Source: a virus (taxonomy: Duplodnaviria; Caudoviricetes). From it: a stretch of DNA of 34,205 bases. The notes beneath the pieces were generated by a model that ran no database searches, was not told the DNA's origin, and worked only from the letters and a program-made list of their open reading frames with translations. The DNA lies in the IMG/VR virus record IMGVR_UViG_3300017774_001406, positions 1-34,205 of that record. The stretch is one strand, 5' to 3'. The position numbers were made by a program, and so were the translations under genes. Position 1 is the first letter of the stretch, and each line of letters opens with the position of its first letter. Below, piece by piece: positions 1 through 8,394 of the stretch.

Positions 1-131
1 GCTTCTTTTACTTGTTTACGTTGCAATAATTTAATTAAATAATCTAAATTTTCACCTGGGCGGCGATAATTTTCATTTAACACTTTTTTAATTTCTTCAC
101 GAATAAGCTTTCTAAATTCATTTGTCTTCAT
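1..131 (-). CDS. Hypothetical protein, N-terminal part only (runs off the window); probable internal head protein
   Basis: Not in the ORF track. ATG at 131-129 overlaps the TGA of the upstream gene (ATGA). Reads MKTNEFRKLIREEIKKVLNENYRRPGENLDYLIKLLQRKQVKE, open to the window edge. The N-terminus matches that of 10571..10939. Confidence 0.8.
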   Translation of the reverse strand, partial: MKTNEFRKLIREEIKKVLNENYRRPGENLDYLIKLLQRKQVKE

Positions 132-544
132 TTTAATGCCTCATTTACTTTGTAATACTTATTAAGTACCGAACCAATATCTTCATAAGCAGCTTCTAAG
201 CGTTGCTGCATGCCTGACATTTCACCTGCAGTCTTTTCAAACACTTTATAAGCCTCTTGCAATTGTTTCATATGACGAGAAACTGTTACATTATCAAACC
301 AATGTTCTGATTCTTGCAATGTTACATTTTCTGCCATTTCAACAATACCGCCTAATGTACTAGCTACTTCTTTTAAAGTATTGGCACGGTAAATCATTTC
401 GCCTAGGCGATGATAATTAGCTACTGCTTCTAAAAAAGCTTTTTTATCTTCTTTAGTCATTTCAGGCATATCATCTTCTTCTTCGCGAAGATACTTTTCA
501 TTTAAAATGTTTTTCAACATTTTTGCTTCCCAATGTTTTGACAT
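128..544 (-). CDS. Hypothetical helical protein in the head-assembly operon
   Basis: 138-aa ORF coupled by overlaps on both sides; has LNE/LRE motifs near the N-terminus. Confidence 0.75.
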   Translation of the reverse strand: MSKHWEAKMLKNILNEKYLREEEDDMPEMTKEDKKAFLEAVANYHRLGEMIYRANTLKEVASTLGGIVEMAENVTLQESEHWFDNVTVSRHMKQLQEAYKVFEKTAGEMSGMQQRLEAAYEDIGSVLNKYYKVNEALK

Positions 545-903
545 TACAACCCTCCGTAAGCTTGCTTTATAATTTTAGCAACGCCTTTAAGATTTTTTTC
601 AGCAGCCTGTGAATAACGTCCTAACTGCGTCATCCATTGACGATACTCTGGTAATCCTTCGGCGTCAGCAGTCATTTCTAGTTCATAACCAAATTCATCA
701 GTTAAATCTCCTAACATGTTCATAATTTCATCTAGTTGTGCTTGAAATTCTTTACGACGATCACTGCCTGGCTCAGCTTCATTAACTGTACGTTTACCAG
801 TAGCAATACCCGCCTTACCAAAACTTTCTTTAATCAAGCCCTTGTCATCAGACATAGGCTTGCCAGCGAATAGTTGATTATATTTATCTTTTAAACTTTT
901 CAT
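544..903 (-). CDS. Hypothetical protein in the head operon, possible internal head protein
   Basis: 119-aa ORF with TAATG coupling to the next gene; IKE and VNE motifs in the N-terminal 42 aa. Confidence 0.7.
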   Translation of the reverse strand: MKSLKDKYNQLFAGKPMSDDKGLIKESFGKAGIATGKRTVNEAEPGSDRRKEFQAQLDEIMNMLGDLTDEFGYELEMTADAEGLPEYRQWMTQLGRYSQAAEKNLKGVAKIIKQAYGGL

Positions 904-933
904 AAGTAAAAAAATTATTGAGTTAATACTGGT

Positions 934-1209
934 TTACTGGTTATAAGGCGCTTGTTGAAGTGGAAGGTTACCGAATGGATCGACAACACTACCGTTACCC
1001 GCCTGTCCGACAGGATTAGTAGGACCTAACAAACTAGCGCCGGCTGCATCTGTTAAGCTATCAAAAATACCTACACCTGTTTTAGGATTACCTAATTGCA
1101 TGTTTTCTAACGGTTCTGCATTTACTCCAGTAGTATATCCAGTACCTTTAGCGCCTATAGGATTGTTAGGGCCTATTTGTGATGTGTTTGCTAAATCTAT
1201 GAGTGCCAT
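934..1209 (-). CDS. Small Gly/Pro/Asn-rich hypothetical protein with an internal repeat, possibly structural
   Basis: 91-aa ORF starting 1 nt after the protease stop, with SD-like GGGAG upstream. Confidence 0.7.
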   Translation of the reverse strand: MALIDLANTSQIGPNNPIGAKGTGYTTGVNAEPLENMQLGNPKTGVGIFDSLTDAAGASLLGPTNPVGQAGNGSVVDPFGNLPLQQAPYNQ

Positions 1210-1210
1210 A

Positions 1211-1816
1211 TTAAAACTCCCTTATAATTTCTGAAATTAAACGATTAATATTATCATATTTTGTGTTAATTGATTTGTCAGTCGATTCATTTACTGGAGA
1301 TAAAAATGCTCCATGTGTTGATGGATTACTAACAAAATCAAAAGCTATTAATTCGAAGTCAGGTTGTACTTCCATAGCACTACCAGCTTCGCGCATTACC
1401 TCTTTTACCGAACCTAACCCCCGTGATGAAATACCTAACTTAATTCCGGATTGGAATAATGCTTTAAGTATATTACCAGCTGGTGTAGGAAGTACTTCTA
1501 CAGTACCTACCAAATCTTTTCCGCGCCATGCCATTTCTAAAATGTTATGACTAACGTTATTTAAGTTAACAACTGAAGAATCTGGATGATCTAATTCTCC
1601 TAATGCTCGACGCTCTGTTATATAACTTTCGTTATACTTTTTAGCTTCACGCATTAATGTTTCCATCGGATAAACACGACCATTATGATTTTTAGCTTCA
1701 GCTCGTTGAAGTACGCCCTGAACAATTAAACGACCACCATTATTAGCTAATGATTCATTTATCTGTTGAGGAGATACTTCGAATACATTATAATCTATAA
1801 GAAGTTGTTTGTCCAT
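1211..1816 (-). CDS. Prohead core protease, T4 gp21-like
   Basis: Motifs N.NGRVYP, ALGELDHP (catalytic His), GISSRGLGS (catalytic Ser) and FDFVSNPS; lies downstream of the portal gene. Confidence 0.95.
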   Translation of the reverse strand: MDKQLLIDYNVFEVSPQQINESLANNGGRLIVQGVLQRAEAKNHNGRVYPMETLMREAKKYNESYITERRALGELDHPDSSVVNLNNVSHNILEMAWRGKDLVGTVEVLPTPAGNILKALFQSGIKLGISSRGLGSVKEVMREAGSAMEVQPDFELIAFDFVSNPSTHGAFLSPVNESTDKSINTKYDNINRLISEIIREF

Positions 1817-1971
1817 TACATTCCCTTCATAAATAAACCAGAATTAATATAATCCTGTTCCATTTGCCAACGCTTACGCTCATCCGCATATTTGCGTTTA
1901 GCTTCTTGCAGAGTTAGTTTGACATTCTCAGGTGCTTTGGCAAATTGCTGCCATGTTCTATTAGGTACCAT
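1816..1971 (-). CDS. Small hypothetical protein, 51 aa (absent from the ORF track)
   Basis: MVPNRTWQQFAKAPENVKLTLQEAKRKYADERKRWQMEQDYINSGLFMKGM fills the gap exactly, with TAATG overlaps at both ends. Confidence 0.8.
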   Translation of the reverse strand: MVPNRTWQQFAKAPENVKLTLQEAKRKYADERKRWQMEQDYINSGLFMKGM

Positions 1972-2618
1972 TATTTTGAAAGTTCTTTTAATCTGTTAGA
2001 AATTCTAACAATACGTTCGTTAATTTTATTTATACGAGCGCTTGTCTGTTTCCAAAACTGTGATGAATCTACACCCGTTTCATTTTTTAAACGTAAATTG
2101 TTATGAACAACTTTTTCAATTTCGGCTAACATACGGTTAACTTCCATTATACCTTTGTTAACTTTTTGTGATGGTGAAGCTGATTCATCTTTTTTGTATT
2201 GACGATATGATACTGCCTCATCTAAACTAGGTTCAGATACGCCGTACATTTCTGACATCATTTTTTTATATGAAGATTTTGATTCCATAGGGCGAAATAC
2301 TTTATTAGTTTTTTTAACTCGCTTCATACCCATTGCTTCAATAGTATCATCATCAGCTTTACCAAAAGCTTTTGGCGTCATATATCCAGCTACACCTCCG
2401 GTACTCGACATTTCATCTATTTCTTCTTCTTCATCCATCTTAGCAACTTTGCCTAAACGTTTATGAAGATACTTATCAGAAGAATCCGTATCGCCGTCAT
2501 TATCTAAATCTTTATCGTCTAGATCTTTAAATTTAGACTTAGCTTCTTTGTCAGAAACGTTATCTACGCCTTCCATTAAACGTTTAAAGCTTTTTTCTAT
2601 ATCTTTAAATAAACCCAT
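1971..2618 (-). CDS. Hypothetical protein, probable prohead core/internal protein with an EF-hand-like acidic loop
   Basis: 215 aa, charged; DLDNDGDTDSSD loop; LME, IDE and LDE motifs; C-terminal coiled coil; between portal and protease. Confidence 0.7.
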   Translation of the reverse strand: MGLFKDIEKSFKRLMEGVDNVSDKEAKSKFKDLDDKDLDNDGDTDSSDKYLHKRLGKVAKMDEEEEIDEMSSTGGVAGYMTPKAFGKADDDTIEAMGMKRVKKTNKVFRPMESKSSYKKMMSEMYGVSEPSLDEAVSYRQYKKDESASPSQKVNKGIMEVNRMLAEIEKVVHNNLRLKNETGVDSSQFWKQTSARINKINERIVRISNRLKELSK

Positions 2619-2944
2619 TAGATTCCTTGCTTTTTGAGTACGTATACAGTAGCGCCAGTTCCGCCAGTTAGTCGACTAACTGATAAATCATATACTACCC
2701 CTGCAGCTAAATCTCCTAACGGTATCTGGCCACCAGCGGAAAGACTAGCTGTAGCTCCACCTGCTGTTCTTACAATAACACTACCGTAGCCATAATTAGA
2801 CCCTGTTAAATCTAATTGGCCGGTAGTATATGTAAGTGCTGAATAATATTTACCTGGATGACCTAAACGCTCGAATTGATCCGGTCCGTTATTACCGGAT
2901 GGTGCATCGTAATTATATGGATAAGTTCCTACCTGTGATCCCAT
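2618..2944 (-). CDS. Small beta-rich hypothetical protein, possible virion surface/decoration protein
   Basis: 108 aa, rich in G/T/S/Y; TAATG-coupled on both sides. Confidence 0.7.
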   Translation of the reverse strand: MGSQVGTYPYNYDAPSGNNGPDQFERLGHPGKYYSALTYTTGQLDLTGSNYGYGSVIVRTAGGATASLSAGGQIPLGDLAAGVVYDLSVSRLTGGTGATVYVLKKQGI

Positions 2945-3792
2945 TACTTACCTTTAACTTTATTTAATTCAGAAACTAATTCGTAATAACGAAGCATTGT
3001 CAATACATCTTTATCTTCAATAACATGTTTTTTAGACAAAGAAGATAACAAATTAGATACTTCATTTAATTTGATACGTAATACTTTACTAGGTATTGAA
3101 GTTTTCAATGTCTTTAATTGCTCACTAATAGACTTAGCTTCTTTAATTACATAATCCTTCAATGATGTAGAATTACTAACTGTATTAATATATTGACGTA
3201 ACAAAGACTTTTGTTCAGTAGTCAATTGACTAGAATATTTTTCATTGAAACGATCTACAATTATTTTTGAAGCTAAGATACGTACATCCTTATTTTCTGA
3301 TTCTAACATAGGCTTGGTAGCTTCTGTTTTGTTAGGTATGGTACGTACATGTTCCAATAGTGCAAATTTAGTTTCTACATATTCCTTTGGGTCATCTGCT
3401 TCAGCAAATTCTAATAATTTATAAATACTAGCATGTATTCTATAATTGTTTACTCGAGCCTTAAAAAAATCTTCAATATCATAAGCTGATCGTATCTCTT
3501 TAATAAGATTGAACTTTTCACGCTTAATAGATGTTTCGTTGATCGTTTTCTTAGACTTTATAACTGCAGTCAGGAATGCATGTGCTTTAGCATCCGAATT
3601 AAATTTTTCTTCGTGTACTGCGCGATATAGTTTAAGTTCTTTATTTAACTCGGTATTGTTATTAAAATTCTTCTTAATAATTTGTAAAGCTTTAGACCGA
3701 GTACCGTTCATTGTATCGGCAGCAACTTGACGTACGAGTAACTCGAAAATTAAACCTGTATTTTTTACTTTTGAATGTTTAATTCGGCTCAT
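2944..3792 (-). CDS. Helical hypothetical protein downstream of the portal (head assembly region)
   Basis: 282-aa ORF with AAGGA SD-like site and an ATATTTAT motif upstream; function inferred only from position. Confidence 0.75.
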   Translation of the reverse strand: MSRIKHSKVKNTGLIFELLVRQVAADTMNGTRSKALQIIKKNFNNNTELNKELKLYRAVHEEKFNSDAKAHAFLTAVIKSKKTINETSIKREKFNLIKEIRSAYDIEDFFKARVNNYRIHASIYKLLEFAEADDPKEYVETKFALLEHVRTIPNKTEATKPMLESENKDVRILASKIIVDRFNEKYSSQLTTEQKSLLRQYINTVSNSTSLKDYVIKEAKSISEQLKTLKTSIPSKVLRIKLNEVSNLLSSLSKKHVIEDKDVLTMLRYYELVSELNKVKGK

Positions 3793-3827
3793 AGTGTTAC
3801 GTTTCCTTTTATGTATACGCCTTTTTA

Positions 3828-3835
3828 ATAAATAT
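3828..3835 (-). promoter_or_regulatory. ATATTTAT motif, putative late promoter
   Basis: One of nine exact copies at gene junctions; upstream of 2944..3792. Confidence 0.55.
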
Positions 3836-3861
3836 ATATATCACTGTAAAATATCATAATC

Positions 3862-5757
3862 TTAATCATTTAGTGATAATAATTGCGATTCGTCTAATAA
3901 TGTTCCCGCATCCGGATCAACATGGCTTTTATCTAGTGATTCTTGTATTATACTAGAACTTTTAAAGTTATTAGACAATGATTTAATTAATGCTTTTGAT
4001 TCTGTTGATTCGATACTTAAGGCGGAACTTTTACGGAATGTATGTTGTAACGGATCTGTTTTAGGACTACCATTAAATGTAGCACTAAGATCCTTAGCTC
4101 CTAACGGATCACGTCCATGCGGACTAGAATGCTTACCCCATGTACTAACATCTTTAGGACGGCCAGGTCCTGCAACATGTTCTTGTTCCATGCCAGGTAA
4201 TAATTCTCCTTTGGTAGCTACGTGCATTGAAGCTATGTCATGCGGTGTACCAAAACTCATATTTGTCTTTCTAGGATCATTACCTTCGTCAACTATTTGT
4301 TTGCGTCGGAACTGAGTTTTAAGATCTTCTATAACATTATCTTGTTCAGACTTCCATTCATGTTGAGACATATCAAAAATGTTTTCATAAATCCATTGTT
4401 CCGAAAACATTTGAGACTCGCGCATTTTACCAGCTAATTCAATTTTAGTGGTTAATGATTCCAATTGCTGCTTTTCGTAAATGAGCGAAGGATTATTTAA
4501 AGTCAATGAAAATCCGATTAGATCTTCATCACGGAATCCTTGAGCATATAAATGTATAATAGCAATCTTAGTTAATTCTGAAACAAATATTTTTTGAATA
4601 CGTTCGATTGTTCTAGCGAAACGTACATCTTCTGCTGCTAATGTAGCTTTACCTTCTACACCTTCATCATATCCTAAAAATGCTTTTGGTATTTTTAAAG
4701 CAGCATGAAGTTTATTACGTAAATATTCAATATCTTCGATTTGACCTTCGTTAGTCAATCCAGCCAATGTTTCAATTGCAGTACCAGACTCTCCACCACG
4801 AACTGGTAGATAATAGTCTTCCATCATGTTTTGCAAATTGAACTTAAGGTTATAATCACCTGTTTGTTCATTCATATATGGAACCTTTTTCATCTTGTTC
4901 ATGATTTGGTTCATATAGTTATCAACTTCATGTGGTGGTATATTGCCTACATCTATTTTGAAAATACGACGTTCTGGAGCTCTCATTATACGTTGAATAA
5001 GCATTGCATCTTCCATTAATGATAATTGCTTAAACAATTTACGCCCTGACTCGATCATTGACTTACCGTACGGTAAAAAGTTTGTATCAGATAACAAACG
5101 GAAGTGTGCCATTTGAAAACTTTCAAATTCACTACGGTTTGGCTTACCGGCAAAATTAGCATACGTACCACTCGGCCCTTCAATTATAAATCGATATGCA
5201 TACGGATTTTCTGGATCATAACCATCTTCACGACGAACTTCGTATGCCGATAACGGTGTTACGTTAATGATACCTAATTCATCTTCGATATCTAAATGTA
5301 AAAAGAAGTCACCATACTTACATGCGTTACGCACCCATGGCCATAGATTATAGTCTATATTAATGATATCGTAAAATAAATTATGTAATACTTTACGTAC
5401 TTCTTCGTTAGATGTAGCAATAGCTAAAGTATCACCCTCAGCATTTTTAACTGTAGATTCATCTGCGTAAATATCTAATGCCGATGCAATGATTGGATCC
5501 ATATCCATGGCTTCATAATCGGTAAATAATTCTAATTTAGAAGAATGAAAATTGTATGTTTGGTTATATGTAGCATAACCAGACTGACCTCTATGTAATC
5601 CAGTAAATCTATCGATATAACTGTTACTAGAAAGCGATCCGTTAGATTGTAACCTATTTGTATCAACCGCTTTTAAACGATTTTTAGCGATACGTCTTAC
5701 AATTACATTAGTAGAAAATAGCCGTTTTAATCTGGCTTGTAATGAAGTGTCTGCCAT
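3862..5757 (-). CDS. Portal protein, T4 gp20-like
   Basis: Motifs QLSLMEDAMLIQRIMRAPERRIFKIDVGNIP, EDYYLPVRGG and DIEYLRNKLHAALKIP are typical of gp20-family portals; adjacent to the terminase. Confidence 0.95.
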   Translation of the reverse strand: MADTSLQARLKRLFSTNVIVRRIAKNRLKAVDTNRLQSNGSLSSNSYIDRFTGLHRGQSGYATYNQTYNFHSSKLELFTDYEAMDMDPIIASALDIYADESTVKNAEGDTLAIATSNEEVRKVLHNLFYDIINIDYNLWPWVRNACKYGDFFLHLDIEDELGIINVTPLSAYEVRREDGYDPENPYAYRFIIEGPSGTYANFAGKPNRSEFESFQMAHFRLLSDTNFLPYGKSMIESGRKLFKQLSLMEDAMLIQRIMRAPERRIFKIDVGNIPPHEVDNYMNQIMNKMKKVPYMNEQTGDYNLKFNLQNMMEDYYLPVRGGESGTAIETLAGLTNEGQIEDIEYLRNKLHAALKIPKAFLGYDEGVEGKATLAAEDVRFARTIERIQKIFVSELTKIAIIHLYAQGFRDEDLIGFSLTLNNPSLIYEKQQLESLTTKIELAGKMRESQMFSEQWIYENIFDMSQHEWKSEQDNVIEDLKTQFRRKQIVDEGNDPRKTNMSFGTPHDIASMHVATKGELLPGMEQEHVAGPGRPKDVSTWGKHSSPHGRDPLGAKDLSATFNGSPKTDPLQHTFRKSSALSIESTESKALIKSLSNNFKSSSIIQESLDKSHVDPDAGTLLDESQLLSLND

Positions 5758-5772
5758 GTATATTATTTATTT

Positions 5773-5780
5773 ATAAATAT
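5773..5780 (-). promoter_or_regulatory. ATATTTAT motif, putative late promoter
   Basis: Upstream of the portal; part of the palindrome TATTTATAAATA. Confidence 0.55.
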
Positions 5781-7354
5781 TAGGTTAGCCAGGTTAAACT
5801 TTCATCACCGCCGGGAGTTTTCCATGTCCATGTCTGATGTTGTTGTGGTGCTATCGTATAAACTCCTGGATTTGTCTTTCCAAAATGATTTAATGCTTTA
5901 CGAGATAAATCCATGCCTTGCTGTTTTAATCGCAGCGCCGTATCACGTACCCATAATGCTATAGCAAATGACATTACTAAGTCATCGTTATATCCGCGTT
6001 GAGCTTCTGCTCTAGACCCATTCCATATAAATACAAACAATTCATCTATTAAACGTTTACTACGTACTACTGGACTTTTTTCTCTAAGATATGTTTCTAA
6101 TTTTGATATAGTTAGTGGACGTGTCTTACTAGTAGTAGAAAATCCTGGCACTTGATCTGACTTACTTTTTAAATCGTATCCTTTAGCTAAATGTACATTT
6201 TCATCAATATATGCATCTTGTCTATAGGAATAATATAAATTACTATAACCTCTATCAATAACAACTTGTATTACTGCCCATCCTACATTAGCATTCTCTA
6301 TAACTAATAATGCATTATTGTATTCCGTTGCTACAGCCATTAACATGTTACCGTATTCAGTAGTACCTATTTTACCACGGTATTCTGCTACTTGTGATAA
6401 ATTATCAATATCAATTACATGGAATGCTGAATAGTCACTTCCGTCACCACGTGCAACGTCAGCTACTACTGCATAATTTTTTGAATAGTCTGGATATTCC
6501 CATATCCAATAATTAGAATCAAATCCTCTACGTTCAATAGGATCTTTTATATAAGTCTGTTCATACCATTGCAGTATAGGGCCATCTATAACTGTATGAC
6601 CTGATGATATAAAGTCACAGTCGCATTCTTGGGCAGCTCCTTTTTCGCCTAACAATTCTGTCTGCTCGATACGCCAGGCTTCATTACGTTCAGGATGTAC
6701 TGTCCAGTGAAGTTTTATAGGTTTAAATTGTCCGCCAGCTGCCGCATCTACCCATGTTTGATGAAACCAATTACCAGTACCATTCGGTGTCGATAAAGCA
6801 ATACATCCGCCTCCAGTTGCTAATGTTTGCTGAGCAGATTTCCATATTTCTTCGATATTACGTATAAATGCTGCTTCATCGATAATTAACAATGATAATG
6901 CTTCAGAACGGCCCGAGGTGCCTGTACTAGAAACGGCTTTAATTTGAGATCCGTTTTTAAAACGTAATGACAATTTATTATCTTCTATAGATTTACCTTT
7001 CAACCAAATCGGTAAATTTTCGTGCATCACTCGTACTTTTGTAACTAAGTTTTTAGCTACGTCTTGTGTAGTTGCTAATACTAAGATATTAAAGTCTTGT
7101 TTAAACAACATACACCATAATGCATATCCTGCAGATAGTGTCGATATACCTAATTGACGCGATTTCAAAATAACCGAATATCGATTATTTTGCATATCCC
7201 GTAACACCTGTTCTTGGAATGGATATAAATGAAAGTATATTTTTCCTTTAGTAGGATGTTGTATAATGCAATACTTTTTCATAAAATGTACTGGGTCAGT
7301 AGCACATTTTTTATACTCGTCTGCTATAATTTCTTTTAATGACTTTTGTGACAT
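5780..7354 (-). CDS. terL: Terminase large subunit, T4 gp17-like
   Basis: LYPFQ adenine-binding motif, Walker A KSRQLGIST, Walker B LLIIDEAAF, STPNG coupling motif, nuclease residues ADVARG..DYS and NDDLVM. Confidence 0.96.
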   Translation of the reverse strand: MSQKSLKEIIADEYKKCATDPVHFMKKYCIIQHPTKGKIYFHLYPFQEQVLRDMQNNRYSVILKSRQLGISTLSAGYALWCMLFKQDFNILVLATTQDVAKNLVTKVRVMHENLPIWLKGKSIEDNKLSLRFKNGSQIKAVSSTGTSGRSEALSLLIIDEAAFIRNIEEIWKSAQQTLATGGGCIALSTPNGTGNWFHQTWVDAAAGGQFKPIKLHWTVHPERNEAWRIEQTELLGEKGAAQECDCDFISSGHTVIDGPILQWYEQTYIKDPIERRGFDSNYWIWEYPDYSKNYAVVADVARGDGSDYSAFHVIDIDNLSQVAEYRGKIGTTEYGNMLMAVATEYNNALLVIENANVGWAVIQVVIDRGYSNLYYSYRQDAYIDENVHLAKGYDLKSKSDQVPGFSTTSKTRPLTISKLETYLREKSPVVRSKRLIDELFVFIWNGSRAEAQRGYNDDLVMSFAIALWVRDTALRLKQQGMDLSRKALNHFGKTNPGVYTIAPQQHQTWTWKTPGGDESLTWLT

Positions 7355-7363
7355 AAATAACCA

Positions 7364-7873
7364 TTATTTTTTTCTTTTCGAAATATGTACAGTTTCTATA
7401 ATTGCTGTAACTGCTAATGCCGGTATCCATGCACCTGATATAATAGCGAATGTAGCACCTGCTAATATTATACCTTCGCCTATAGCAATTCTACGCCATA
7501 ATACTTTACGATCCGTTTGTTTTGTAACTTCTTCTAAAGCTTTATTTTTAGCTGTTCGTTCTATTTGTACAGAATCACGTTGTTCTTTAGCTTCAGTTTC
7601 TAAATCTCCATACTGATCATATAAACTAAAAAAAGCTGTACGTGAAAGCATTAGAGCTTCCGTACAGTTATTAGCATACTGGAACATAGAATCTAAATTA
7701 CTTTTGTACAGATCTTTGTACGCTAAGCTCTTTAATATTTCGTCCTCCTGTTTTTTGCTTAAGAATATCCCAGTATCCCCCTGGTACACTATCCGTTGAG
7801 GTAAAAAGCTTTGCCCATAAACTATCGCGTTGATGGTAAGTAAGATTAGGAATGTTAGAAATGTTTTTAGCAT
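7364..7873 (-). CDS. Exported/membrane protein, candidate non-canonical spanin partner
   Basis: N-terminal signal peptide without a lipobox Cys, coiled-coil middle and C-terminal hydrophobic segment; overlaps the upstream gene by 176 nt in the lysis cassette. Confidence 0.55.
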   Translation of the reverse strand: MLKTFLTFLILLTINAIVYGQSFLPQRIVYQGDTGIFLSKKQEDEILKSLAYKDLYKSNLDSMFQYANNCTEALMLSRTAFFSLYDQYGDLETEAKEQRDSVQIERTAKNKALEEVTKQTDRKVLWRRIAIGEGIILAGATFAIISGAWIPALAVTAIIETVHISKRKK

Positions 7874-8108
7874 CTTGTATGTTTTTATAAGTTATATTGT
7901 TAATAATTGTAGCTTGTTTGGAGTCATATGCTATCTGTAAACTATCATTAGAATGTACTAAACTGTCTACACGTGCCCTAAGATCCTCGATAGTAGTATT
8001 TGTAACTACTGGCTGCTTTTCGTTTGCTTTTTTATATAGAAAATATAGTGCTACTAACAATAATAGCATAACTATATAGTACCAATATTTTTTTAAAAAC
8101 TTCAACAT
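7698..8108 (-). CDS. Candidate i-spanin (Rz-like)
   Basis: Single N-terminal TM helix (WYYIVMLLLLVALYFLY) followed by a predicted coiled coil; directly after the holin and endolysin candidates. Confidence 0.6.
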   Translation of the reverse strand: MLKFLKKYWYYIVMLLLLVALYFLYKKANEKQPVVTNTTIEDLRARVDSLVHSNDSLQIAYDSKQATIINNITYKNIQDAKNISNIPNLTYHQRDSLWAKLFTSTDSVPGGYWDILKQKTGGRNIKELSVQRSVQK

Positions 8109-8109
8109 A

Positions 8110-8394
8110 TTATTGTGTTTGTTGGTTATTAGTTGATGGCGGAGTAGTTGTATTATCTACGGCAGGAGGATCTTTTTTAAATACATTTTCTAATGCAGTT
8201 ATACCTAACAATCCACCGGCCAAGAAACATATTGCTTCAAACATAAAATCGGGCAATACCATATCACTTAACACTGCCATGTAACAAAATACAATTACAT
8301 TAAGTAAAACAAATGTACCAGTTACACGTTTAGATGATACGCCGCTATCTCCGGATAGCATTTTATCTACCCAATATTTACGTTTTTGTGCCAT
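8110..8394 (-). CDS. Putative holin (two TM helices)
   Basis: 94 aa; SSKR followed by two hydrophobic helices and a polar tail; coupled to the endolysin candidate. Confidence 0.65.
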   Translation of the reverse strand: MAQKRKYWVDKMLSGDSGVSSKRVTGTFVLLNVIVFCYMAVLSDMVLPDFMFEAICFLAGGLLGITALENVFKKDPPAVDNTTTPPSTNNQQTQ

